This document shows positions 20,845 to 29,473 of a stretch of DNA of 64,000 bases, piece by piece. The stretch is from an uncultured SAR86 cluster bacterium (GTDB lineage Bacteria; Pseudomonadota; Gammaproteobacteria; Magnimaribacterales; D2472): contig CACMYW010000001.1 of assembly GCA_902617955.1 (NCBI GenBank), forward strand, positions 15,627-79,626, in the 5' to 3' direction. Numbering within the stretch: the first letter of the stretch is position 1; every line of letters starts with the position of its first letter. The notes under the pieces are model-generated. The model was not told where the DNA came from. It was given only the letters and a program-made list of their open reading frames with translations, and ran no database searches. Made by a program: the position numbers and the translations under genes.

Positions 20845-22449
20845 GTGAAAATCCAATATACATTTGTCTTATTACTGCTCCTTGCAAATTGTTCAAATAA
20901 TGAATCACCAGTTGATGCAGGCCTTCGTGATCAAGTGTTTCATTTTGGTAATGGCACTGAACCACAAGGAATTGATCCACATATCGTTACGGGCGTTCCT
21001 GAAAATCATTTATTGACTGCTCTTTGTGAAGGATTAACAATCAATAATCCTAAAGGCGGACCCAATCTACCTGGGGTTGCAAAATCATGGGAAATTTCTC
21101 AAGACGGTAAAACTTACATCTTTAATATTCATGAAGATGCAAGTTGGTCAAATGGAGAGCCTGTTACTGCAGAAGACTTTGTTTGGTCATGGCAAAGGAT
21201 CTTAACAGCATCTTTAGGATCTCAATATCCTGATATGCTTTATTATGTTAAAAATGCTAAGGAGTTTCATCAGGGAGAAATAATCGATTTTGACCAAGTA
21301 GGAGTCAAAGCTATTTCGAATAAGACTTTAAAAGTAGAGCTTCATTCGCCGACAGCGTTTTTTATTAAACTCTTATCACATTATTCTACTTATCCGGTGC
21401 ATAAGGATACTGTTCTTGCATACGGCTCAATCGATGACAGGAATGGTGAGTGGACTAGGCCTGGAAATTTTGTTTGTAATGGACCGTTTAATCTGAAAAC
21501 CTGGGAGCTTAACAAAAAAATTGTTGTTGAAAAGAGTTCTACTTACTGGGATGCAAGCAAGGTAAGGTTAAACGAAATACATTTTTATCCTGTTTCTAAT
21601 GAATCAACCGAAGACAGAATGTTTAGAGCTGGACAACTTCATGTAACAAATGTAGTGCCACTAGAAAAATGTCCTGTTTATCTTGAAGAGAATAACCCGA
21701 ACTTACGCATTGATCCCTATATGGGGACCTACTTTTATAGAATTAATACCACTAATGAAGTTCTCAAAGACGTTAATGTCAGGAAAGCCTTGGCATACGC
21801 AATTAACAGAACTCAGATTGTAGAAAAAGTATCGAAGTGCGGTCAAAAGCCAGCTTATTCCTTTACTCCACCAGGTTCAGCAAACTACTATCCCGATACT
21901 GAAGTTCCATTTGATCCAGTTCTTGCAAACACTTTACTTGCGAAGGCTGGTTACCCAAATGGAGAAGGCTTTCCGAAGTTAGAGATTTTATTTAATACCC
22001 AAGAGGGACATAGAAAAATTGCATTAGCAATTCAACAAATGTGGCAACAAAACCTCGGTATTAATGTTGAACTTGTGAATCAGGACTGGAAGGTCTATCT
22101 TGCAAGAGAAATGGTCGGAGATTTTCAGGTCTCTAGAGCAGGCTGGATAGGGGATTATGAGGATCCTAATACATTTCTTGATACTTTGCGACCAAACCGG
22201 GGGAACAATAAAACAGGCTGGGAAAATACAGAATATGATCAATTGATAGAACTTGCAAACTCTATCAATAATCAAGAGGAGCGTTATAAAGTTTTTATGG
22301 AAGCTGAGAGGCTTTTAATTGATGAGATGCCGATAATTCCGATTTATACATACGTTAGACAATATCAATTAAGCCAAGATGTAAAAGGATGGCATCCAAA
22401 CATCCTTGATGTTCATCATCCTAAATTCGTGTACCTCCAAAGAGACTGA
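20845..22449 (+). CDS. ABC transporter substrate-binding protein, peptide/nickel (family 5, OppA/DppA-like)
   Basis: 534 aa. The GTG at 20845 is the only in-frame start. The N-terminus MKIQYTFVLLLLLANCS has a lipobox-like LANC. Cluster-C SBP-like sequence throughout, followed by OppB/OppC-type permeases. Confidence 0.8.
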   Translation: MKIQYTFVLLLLLANCSNNESPVDAGLRDQVFHFGNGTEPQGIDPHIVTGVPENHLLTALCEGLTINNPKGGPNLPGVAKSWEISQDGKTYIFNIHEDASWSNGEPVTAEDFVWSWQRILTASLGSQYPDMLYYVKNAKEFHQGEIIDFDQVGVKAISNKTLKVELHSPTAFFIKLLSHYSTYPVHKDTVLAYGSIDDRNGEWTRPGNFVCNGPFNLKTWELNKKIVVEKSSTYWDASKVRLNEIHFYPVSNESTEDRMFRAGQLHVTNVVPLEKCPVYLEENNPNLRIDPYMGTYFYRINTTNEVLKDVNVRKALAYAINRTQIVEKVSKCGQKPAYSFTPPGSANYYPDTEVPFDPVLANTLLAKAGYPNGEGFPKLEILFNTQEGHRKIALAIQQMWQQNLGINVELVNQDWKVYLAREMVGDFQVSRAGWIGDYEDPNTFLDTLRPNRGNNKTGWENTEYDQLIELANSINNQEERYKVFMEAERLLIDEMPIIPIYTYVRQYQLSQDVKGWHPNILDVHHPKFVYLQRD

Positions 22450-22450
22450 T

Positions 22451-23377
22451 ATGCTTGGCATCTTTTTTAGACGTCTGTTGATTGCTATTCCTGTAATCTT
22501 AATAGTAACCTCAATTACATTTTTTTTAATAAGAATGGCACCTGGTGGTCCCTTTGATGCTGAGAAGACATTGCCTGATCAAGTGCTTAAAAATTTAAAT
22601 GAAGTCTATAATCTAGATGCACCAGTTTTAGTACAGTACAAAGATTATATGGTTAATCTTTTACAAGGCGATTTTGGTCCTTCCTTTAGATACCCAGGTC
22701 GATCAGTTACTGAAATGATTTTTACAGGCTTTCCAGTAACATTAGAATTAGCATTTTATGCAATCATTGTAGCTATCATTATTGGTATTTCTTCTGGAGT
22801 TCTAGCTGCTGTTAAAAGAAATACACTTTTTGATTATATTCCTATGACAGTCGCAATGATTGGAATTTGTATGCCAACCTTTTTACTAGGGCCACTATTG
22901 GTTTTATATTTTGGGATTTACTTGGAAGCACTTCCGGTCTCTGGGTGGGATTCTTTGCCCGGTGACAAGATACTTCCATCTGTAACTCTAGGTGCTGCAT
23001 ATGCAGCTTATATTGCTAGGTTGAGTAGGGGCGGTATGCTTGAAACACTTAATCAAGACTATATTAGAACTGCACGCGCTAAAGGCTTATCAGAATTTAG
23101 GGTTGTATTTGGTCATGCAATGCGAGGTGGACTCATTCCCGTTATTTCTTTTTTAGGTCCCGCAGCAGCTGGACTAATCGGAGGCTCTTTTGTTGTAGAG
23201 ACCATCTTTCAAATTCCAGGATTAGGGAGGTTTTATGTAGAAGCAGCTTTTAACAGGGATTACACAATGATTCTTGGAACCACAATTTTCTTTTCCGTCC
23301 TAATTATTATTTTTAATTTACTCTCTGATCTTGCCTTGTTATTGGCTAATCCTCAAAGCAGAGGTAACAATCAATGA
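22451..23377 (+). CDS. Peptide ABC transporter permease (OppB/DppB-like)
   Basis: I prefer the ATG at 22451, directly after the upstream TGA (MLGIFFRRLLIAIPV...). Conserved permease loop IRTARAKGLSEFRV. Confidence 0.85.
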   Translation: MLGIFFRRLLIAIPVILIVTSITFFLIRMAPGGPFDAEKTLPDQVLKNLNEVYNLDAPVLVQYKDYMVNLLQGDFGPSFRYPGRSVTEMIFTGFPVTLELAFYAIIVAIIIGISSGVLAAVKRNTLFDYIPMTVAMIGICMPTFLLGPLLVLYFGIYLEALPVSGWDSLPGDKILPSVTLGAAYAAYIARLSRGGMLETLNQDYIRTARAKGLSEFRVVFGHAMRGGLIPVISFLGPAAAGLIGGSFVVETIFQIPGLGRFYVEAAFNRDYTMILGTTIFFSVLIIIFNLLSDLALLLANPQSRGNNQ

Positions 23378-24225
23378 ATAATCAATCATTATGGAGTGAT
23401 GCTTACAGACGATTAATCAATAATAAAGCTGCTGTGATAAGTGCCTGCATACTTGCAATTTTAATTCTAGCAGCAATTTTTGCACCTTTTTTAGCATCTC
23501 ATTCATACGCATATCAAAACCTAGAGCTTGGGGCGACTCCACCATCCCCAGAGTATTTGCTTGGTACTGATACATTGGGAAGAGATTTGCTCAGTAGAAT
23601 CCTATATGGAGCACGTGTCTCACTTTTAGTGGGATTTGTAGCCACAGCTGTTGCATTAGTGATTGGAGTCACATGGGGAATTGTCGCGGGCTATTTTGGC
23701 GGCAGAGTTGATTCAGTGATGATGCGAATTGTAGATGTTTTATATGGTCTTCCTTTTATTATTTTCATTATTTTATTGATGGTCATTTTTGGAAGAAATA
23801 TATGGTTATTATTTATGGCAATTGGAGCAGTGGAGTGGCTGACGATGGCACGAATTGTAAGAGGCCAAGTCATAAATATAAAAAATCAAGAATATGTTAT
23901 GGCTGCTCAAGCTATGGGAGTACCAAATATTCGTTTATTCAGAAAACATATTTTTCCGAATATTTTAGGACCCATTGCTGTTTATGCAACTTTAACGATT
24001 CCGCAAGTTATGCTTTTAGAGGCATTTTTAAGTTTTCTTGGATTAGGTGTTCAACCACCTATGAGTAGTTGGGGTACCCTAATTCGTTATGGAGTCGAGT
24101 CAATGGAAGAATTCTCATGGCTTCTAATTTATCCAGCTTTAACCTTTACTATTACCTTATTTGCATTAAATTTTTTTGGTGATGGCTTGCGTGATGCTTT
24201 AGACCCAAAAACCTCAGAAGATTAA
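23374..24225 (+). CDS. Peptide ABC transporter permease (OppC/DppC-like)
   Basis: 283 aa, overlapping the upstream gene by 4 nt. Motif AAQAMGVPNIRLFRKHIFPN. Confidence 0.85.
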   Translation: MNNQSLWSDAYRRLINNKAAVISACILAILILAAIFAPFLASHSYAYQNLELGATPPSPEYLLGTDTLGRDLLSRILYGARVSLLVGFVATAVALVIGVTWGIVAGYFGGRVDSVMMRIVDVLYGLPFIIFIILLMVIFGRNIWLLFMAIGAVEWLTMARIVRGQVINIKNQEYVMAAQAMGVPNIRLFRKHIFPNILGPIAVYATLTIPQVMLLEAFLSFLGLGVQPPMSSWGTLIRYGVESMEEFSWLLIYPALTFTITLFALNFFGDGLRDALDPKTSED

Positions 24226-24226
24226 T

Positions 24227-25687
24227 TTAAATTGCACTAATTATCAGCTTTAATATTTGTCCAGGACTTAAGTCATTAGAAGACAAATTGTTAAGCTCCA
24301 TAATTTCGCTTATCTCAATATTAAATAATTCTGAAATTTTATATAAATTGTCACCCTGCTTAACGCTGTAAAGAATTGAGCGCTTTTTTGCTTGCATTGA
24401 TCTTGCAATATTCCCCGTGCCAATATTTAAAGCAACCCCAACAGAAAGTATGCCATTGATAGATAATTGATTATTTCTGGCAATTTCAATTGGTGCTATG
24501 TCATATTTTCTTCCTAGACTCCACAAGGTATCTCCTTCACTCACAATATGAGTTTGATATGGAATAAAAGTTGTGATTTTAGGATCTCCTAATGGTACTA
24601 ATAATGTTTCATTAATAGAGAGGAGGCTCTGATTTGATTTAGAATTTACCAATTTTAAATCATCTACAGCTACATCATAGAGCTTTGCTATGTCCCATAA
24701 AGTTTCGCCTGATGATACATTATGAGTCATCCATCTTATTGGATTTTCTTGAAAATAATTATTTATATCCTGCTCAATAGCCTCCAATCTTTCAATTGGT
24801 AAAAATAGGACAGTATTATTTGTCGGGGGTGTTGCCCACTTTGTATAACCAGCATTGAGCTGATATAAAAATTCTGGTGTTACCCCAGTAAATTCACTAA
24901 ATGGGAGCATTTCTACTTGACCTTCAATTTGGATTTTCTCTATAACTTTTTCATTTGGAAGATTAGGTAAACTAACACCATATTTGTATGGATCTTTAAT
25001 AATTTTGTTAATTGCCAAAAACTTTGGAACATAGTTAAAACTTTCTTTTGATAGCTTAAGGTTACTCAAGGTAACTTCTCTTCCTCGACCCTCAAGGATC
25101 CTTATTTGTTTTTCTAAATAGGTAGGGCCAGCATGATAAGCAATTAATGTAAGAGTAGGATTCTTATCAAATCTGTTATAAAGATATGCTAGATATTTTA
25201 CTGCTGCCTTTGTTGATTCAATTGGGTCATGACGCCCCTCAACCCACCATGTTTTTTCTAAATTATAAATTTTGCCCGTTGTTGGCATAAGTTGCCACAA
25301 GCCCACGGCACCAGATGATGATATTGAAAAAGGATCATAGTTACTTTCTATGTAAGGAAGTAATGCAAACTCAGATGGAAGCCTATACCGATCAAGCTCC
25401 TCTAGAACTTCAAATAGGTAATACTCTCCATTTAAAATTAACTCATTAAAGTGCTTCTTATTTTTTATAAACCTTTTTACATATTTTTCCGTTTCATCTG
25501 GAAGCGGATCATCTACGAAGTTATTTTCTTTAAAAATTCTTTCCCAAATATTGTTATATTTAATCTCAGGAACTAATACTTCTTTAGATGGCTCAATATC
25601 TATATAGGGCCTTGCAGGAATTATATTAAGGTTGGAACAGCCGTAAGTAATAAGAAGAGTAAAAAATACTATAAAGAATCTTTCCAT
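24227..25687 (-). CDS. mltD: Membrane-bound lytic murein transglycosylase D (SLT domain + LysM repeats)
   Basis: Lipoprotein-like N-terminus (LLITYGCS), SLT catalytic region ESNYDP...GAVGLWQLMP, and three C-terminal LysM-like repeats. mltD-gloB synteny as in E. coli. Confidence 0.85.
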   Translation of the reverse strand: MERFFIVFFTLLITYGCSNLNIIPARPYIDIEPSKEVLVPEIKYNNIWERIFKENNFVDDPLPDETEKYVKRFIKNKKHFNELILNGEYYLFEVLEELDRYRLPSEFALLPYIESNYDPFSISSSGAVGLWQLMPTTGKIYNLEKTWWVEGRHDPIESTKAAVKYLAYLYNRFDKNPTLTLIAYHAGPTYLEKQIRILEGRGREVTLSNLKLSKESFNYVPKFLAINKIIKDPYKYGVSLPNLPNEKVIEKIQIEGQVEMLPFSEFTGVTPEFLYQLNAGYTKWATPPTNNTVLFLPIERLEAIEQDINNYFQENPIRWMTHNVSSGETLWDIAKLYDVAVDDLKLVNSKSNQSLLSINETLLVPLGDPKITTFIPYQTHIVSEGDTLWSLGRKYDIAPIEIARNNQLSINGILSVGVALNIGTGNIARSMQAKKRSILYSVKQGDNLYKISELFNIEISEIMELNNLSSNDLSPGQILKLIISAI

Positions 25688-26439
25688 GTTCTGAGAAACT
25701 TAAATATTTCAGTGTCAGATAGTTGCACTGAATTATTAAGTTTATCACTGATGGATTCTCTTAGACTAGCATTAGAAACTCTTAAAAATGGATTAATTTG
25801 CAGTTCTCTATTTAATGTTGTTGGAATTGTAGAGATATCATTTTCTCGCATGATAATAACTTCATCATAATAATCATTCAATTTATCATTTTTAGGTTCA
25901 ACTTGCTTTGCAAATATTAAGTTTGAGAGAGTATATTCGTGCGCGCAGTATATTTCTGTAGACTTTGGTAGTTGGCTAAGGATTTTGATCGAGTCATTCA
26001 TTTGTTGAAAAGTACCTTCAAAAACTCTGCCGCAACCTCCTGAGAAAATTGTATCGCCACAGAAAAGCACATCTTTTTCTGTATTTGAATAAAATGCAAT
26101 GTGATCAAGGGTATGACCGGGAATTTCGATTACAGAGAACTTCAAACCTATTGTATTGATTGTTTCGCCATCTTTAACTTTATAATCTAGGTCATTAATA
26201 TTTTTACTTTCTGGACCAATGATTGATCCCTTTATTAGAGGTTTGAGTGGTTTAAGGCCACCAATATGATCAAAGTGATGGTGTGTTATCAATATATCGT
26301 CAATCTCTATTTCTTCTTTTTGAATAAAATCTTGAACTGGGCCTGCATCACCCGGATCAACTAAAGTATTTCCTTCATTAGTTTGAATTAACCAAATATA
26401 ATTATCACTATAAGCTTGGATATAAGAAATCTTTAACAT
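25669..26439 (-). CDS. gloB: Hydroxyacylglutathione hydrolase (glyoxalase II)
   Basis: Metallo-beta-lactamase motif THHHFDH. The N-terminus aligns with E. coli GloB (..DNYIW..VDPGDA). Confidence 0.9.
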   Translation of the reverse strand: MLKISYIQAYSDNYIWLIQTNEGNTLVDPGDAGPVQDFIQKEEIEIDDILITHHHFDHIGGLKPLKPLIKGSIIGPESKNINDLDYKVKDGETINTIGLKFSVIEIPGHTLDHIAFYSNTEKDVLFCGDTIFSGGCGRVFEGTFQQMNDSIKILSQLPKSTEIYCAHEYTLSNLIFAKQVEPKNDKLNDYYDEVIIMRENDISTIPTTLNRELQINPFLRVSNASLRESISDKLNNSVQLSDTEIFKFLRTWKDSL

Positions 26440-26455
26440 TACTATATTTTAACTC

Positions 26456-26887
26456 ATGAAAGACGTAATTATTTATACCGATGGGGCTTGTAGAGGTAAT
26501 CCTGGAATCGGTGGCTGGGGTGTCTTAATGAGCTATCAAGAGGAAGTTAGAGAGTTGTATGGTGGAGAAGTTGATACTACCAATAATAAAATGGAACTCA
26601 GAGCAGTTATTGAAGGATTAAATACTCTTAAAGAGCCTTGTTCTGTCAAAGTCTTTACAGATTCAAAGTATGTAATGGATGGCATTAATTCATGGATTCA
26701 TAATTGGAAAAAAAATAATTGGAAAACAGCCAATAAAAAGGATGTTAAAAATAAAGATTTATGGATTCAACTTGATAACTTAGTTAGCAAACATAAAATT
26801 GCGTGGGAGTGGGTAAAAGGTCATTCTGGAAATCCAGGAAATGAAAAAGCTGACGAATTAGCAAATAGAGGCATTGAAAATTTATGA
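26456..26887 (+). CDS. rnhA: Ribonuclease HI
   Basis: 143 aa with TDGACRGNPG...TNNKMEL...GHSGNPGNEKADELA. Confidence 0.95.
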   Translation: MKDVIIYTDGACRGNPGIGGWGVLMSYQEEVRELYGGEVDTTNNKMELRAVIEGLNTLKEPCSVKVFTDSKYVMDGINSWIHNWKKNNWKTANKKDVKNKDLWIQLDNLVSKHKIAWEWVKGHSGNPGNEKADELANRGIENL

Positions 26888-27597
26888 GTAAAAGATTTAT
26901 CGTCCTCGATACTGAAACAACAGGCTTAGAGGTTGAACAAGGTCACAGAATAATTGAAATAGGAGCTTTGTTGCTAGAGGATAGAAAGAAGACAGATGAT
27001 CATTTTCATGTATATTTAAATCCAGAAAGACTCATTGATGAGGAAGCACAAAAAGTCCATGGAATTTCAAACAAAGACTTAATAGATAAACCCAAATTCT
27101 CTGATATTGCTGATGAGTTCTTAGAGTTCATTAATAACAGCACATTAATCATTCATAATGCACCTTTTGATCTTGGTTTTCTTAATAATGAACTTAACCT
27201 AATTTCTTCAAGCTATCCAAGGTTAGAAGAAATATGTGAAGTTGAGGATTCGCTTGTAATTGCTAGGGAAAAGTATCCTGGTCAAAGAAACTCTCTTGAT
27301 GCTCTTACTAAACGCTTTGATATTAATAATTATGATAGGACTTATCATGGTGCAATGCTTGATACAAATATCCTTGCTGATGTTTATTTCCATTTAACTG
27401 GTGGTCAATCAAAGTTTGAATTCGGCAGTAATTTAAGTCCTGAAACTAATGAAGCGGGAATCAAAAATGAGATAGAAGCAAGTGACATTGAAATTACATC
27501 TTTTAAAGCTAGTTCTAATGACGTATCTGAGCATAAAAAAAGATTGAATGAGATTGAATCTAAGAACAATATTATTACTTTATGGAATCAATTATGA
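26884..27597 (+). CDS. dnaQ: DNA polymerase III subunit epsilon
   Basis: Exo motifs VLDTETTGL, HNAPFDLGFL and HGAMLDTNILADVY. Overlaps rnhA by 4 nt. Confidence 0.93.
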   Translation: MSKRFIVLDTETTGLEVEQGHRIIEIGALLLEDRKKTDDHFHVYLNPERLIDEEAQKVHGISNKDLIDKPKFSDIADEFLEFINNSTLIIHNAPFDLGFLNNELNLISSSYPRLEEICEVEDSLVIAREKYPGQRNSLDALTKRFDINNYDRTYHGAMLDTNILADVYFHLTGGQSKFEFGSNLSPETNEAGIKNEIEASDIEITSFKASSNDVSEHKKRLNEIESKNNIITLWNQL

Positions 27598-28979
27598 CTG
27601 TAACCAGGTTTGCACCAAGCCCAACTGGAAACTTACATATAGGTGGTGTTCGGACAGCGTTATATAACTATATTTATGCTAAACAAAATGATGGCAAATT
27701 TCTTGTTCGTATTGAAGATACTGACCAAGAGCGATCAAGAGAAAAATTTGAGAAAAATATATTAGATGGATTGCAAATGATGGGCTTAGCCCCAGATGAA
27801 GATCCAGTGAAACAATCTCAAAGAGGGCATCTCTATTTAAGTGCTGCTCAAAAAATTGTTGATTTAGGTTTGGGATATTATTGTGATTGTCAGCCAAAGA
27901 GGCTTGAAAAACTTAGGAATCAACAACAAAAGGCTGGAAAAAAGCCGATGTATGATGGTAAATGTAGAGAAAGAAATCTTTCAAAGTCTGAAAATACAGT
28001 GTTACGACTCAAGACACCTAGGGATGGCGAAGTTAGGTTTAATGACTTAGTTAGAGGTGAGGTAATATTCGATAATTGCGAGTTAGATGATCTTATTTTA
28101 TTGAGAAGTAATGGCAATCCAACGTATCACTTATGTAATGTTGTTGATGATGCTGCTCAGGGAGTTACAACTGTTATTAGAGGTGAAGACCACCTTAGCA
28201 ATACTCCAAGACAAATCCATATTCAAGAGGCTCTAGGACTGCCTGCTCTGGAATATGCTCATCTTCCTCTAGTCCTTGGAGAAAATAAAAAAAGGCTTTC
28301 AAAAAGGGATGCAGTTACAAGTCTTGATGAATATATAGCTTCAGGATATTTACCATCCTCAATGGTCAATATGTTGGCAAGACTTGGATGGTCTAAAGGG
28401 GATAAAGAAATCTTTTATTTAGATGACTTAATTAAAGACTTTAGAATGCAGGAAGTTCAAAAAGCAGGAGCAGTTTTTGATATTAAAAAACTTGATTGGA
28501 TTAATACCAATCATTTAGCTAATTTAGATTTAGAAGAGTTTATTGATCATCTGAAACCTTATTTAAAAAAAGAGAATATCAGTCTTGAGTCAAAGGATAA
28601 TTTGAAAGAAATAATTTCTCATTTAAGAACCTCATCACCAACTTTGGCTTCAATTAGTCAAGATTTAATTCCATACTTTTTAGATATTAAGACATATGAT
28701 CAAAAATCTGTTGATAAGTTTCTTATAGGCTCCAAGCCTTTATTGGAGTTCGTTCTAAGACAGTTAGAATCGATTGAACCATGGAGTGAAGATCAATTGG
28801 ATGATGTGCTTGCAAAATGCCAAAAAGACCTTGATCTTAATACACCGCAACTTAATCAACCAATAAGAGTTGCCGTGGTTGGCTCAACAAAATCTCCGTC
28901 TTTGGGTTTAACACTTTCTTTGATTGGCAAAGAGGTTTCTATTGAAAGAATAAAAAAAGCAATTGAGTTTAACGATTAA
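27594..28979 (+). CDS. gltX: Glutamate--tRNA ligase
   Basis: HIGH-type motif PTGNLHIGG and a KMSKS-like RLSKR. I prefer the ATG at 27594 (ATGA overlap with the dnaQ stop) over 27582. Confidence 0.92.
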   Translation: MTVTRFAPSPTGNLHIGGVRTALYNYIYAKQNDGKFLVRIEDTDQERSREKFEKNILDGLQMMGLAPDEDPVKQSQRGHLYLSAAQKIVDLGLGYYCDCQPKRLEKLRNQQQKAGKKPMYDGKCRERNLSKSENTVLRLKTPRDGEVRFNDLVRGEVIFDNCELDDLILLRSNGNPTYHLCNVVDDAAQGVTTVIRGEDHLSNTPRQIHIQEALGLPALEYAHLPLVLGENKKRLSKRDAVTSLDEYIASGYLPSSMVNMLARLGWSKGDKEIFYLDDLIKDFRMQEVQKAGAVFDIKKLDWINTNHLANLDLEEFIDHLKPYLKKENISLESKDNLKEIISHLRTSSPTLASISQDLIPYFLDIKTYDQKSVDKFLIGSKPLLEFVLRQLESIEPWSEDQLDDVLAKCQKDLDLNTPQLNQPIRVAVVGSTKSPSLGLTLSLIGKEVSIERIKKAIEFND

Positions 28980-29473
28980 GAAGAATAATTTCTACAAAAA
29001 TAAAGTGTCTTAGTATTGAATTGTGTGGACCAATCATTCTCACTTCCATATTCAAAAATAATTTTATCTTGATCTATTAGTTTATTAATAGAGAGCCCAT
29101 GTAACTGATCGTTATGGATTTCTTTTTTTGAAAAAACCTTATATTTAAATTTTTTTGTAGATAATATCTCTTCATCGACAAAGTGATAATAGTTTTTGTC
29201 GAAATCCATGAATTTCAACTCATCTTCTTTTAAATCTTTTGGATAATCCTGAAGTATTTTTTGAGTTTTTTTTAACAATTCTTCTGAGCTGTACTTGAAA
29301 ATGCTTATACAGCTCGGATTGTCATCATAAACATTTAAAATATGATTTCTTTCATAATGACTAAACTCTAAAATTGATCTTGCCAGTGGTGCATGTGAAT
29401 TTTCATAATGCTCCATAAACTGATCTTGCGATAATGAAGGTTTTTTAAATATAAATGATATTGCTTTAATCAA
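28976..29473 (-). CDS. EthD-domain-like protein (function unknown)
   Basis: The N-terminus IFKKPSLSQDQFMEHYENSHAPLA resembles EthD / dimeric alpha-beta-barrel proteins. Overlaps ggt by 8 nt. Confidence 0.45.
   Translation of the reverse strand: MIKAISFIFKKPSLSQDQFMEHYENSHAPLARSILEFSHYERNHILNVYDDNPSCISIFKYSSEELLKKTQKILQDYPKDLKEDELKFMDFDKNYYHFVDEEILSTKKFKYKVFSKKEIHNDQLHGLSINKLIDQDKIIFEYGSENDWSTQFNTKTLYFCRNYSS

Noticed and set aside
27870-27975. A GluRS zinc-knuckle variant: CDC-x24-C-R-E, where I recall E. coli having CxC-x24-C-x-H.
   Set aside because: Zinc-ligand composition of this insertion is known to vary, and to be lost, among bacterial GluRS. There is no evidence of functional novelty from sequence alone.
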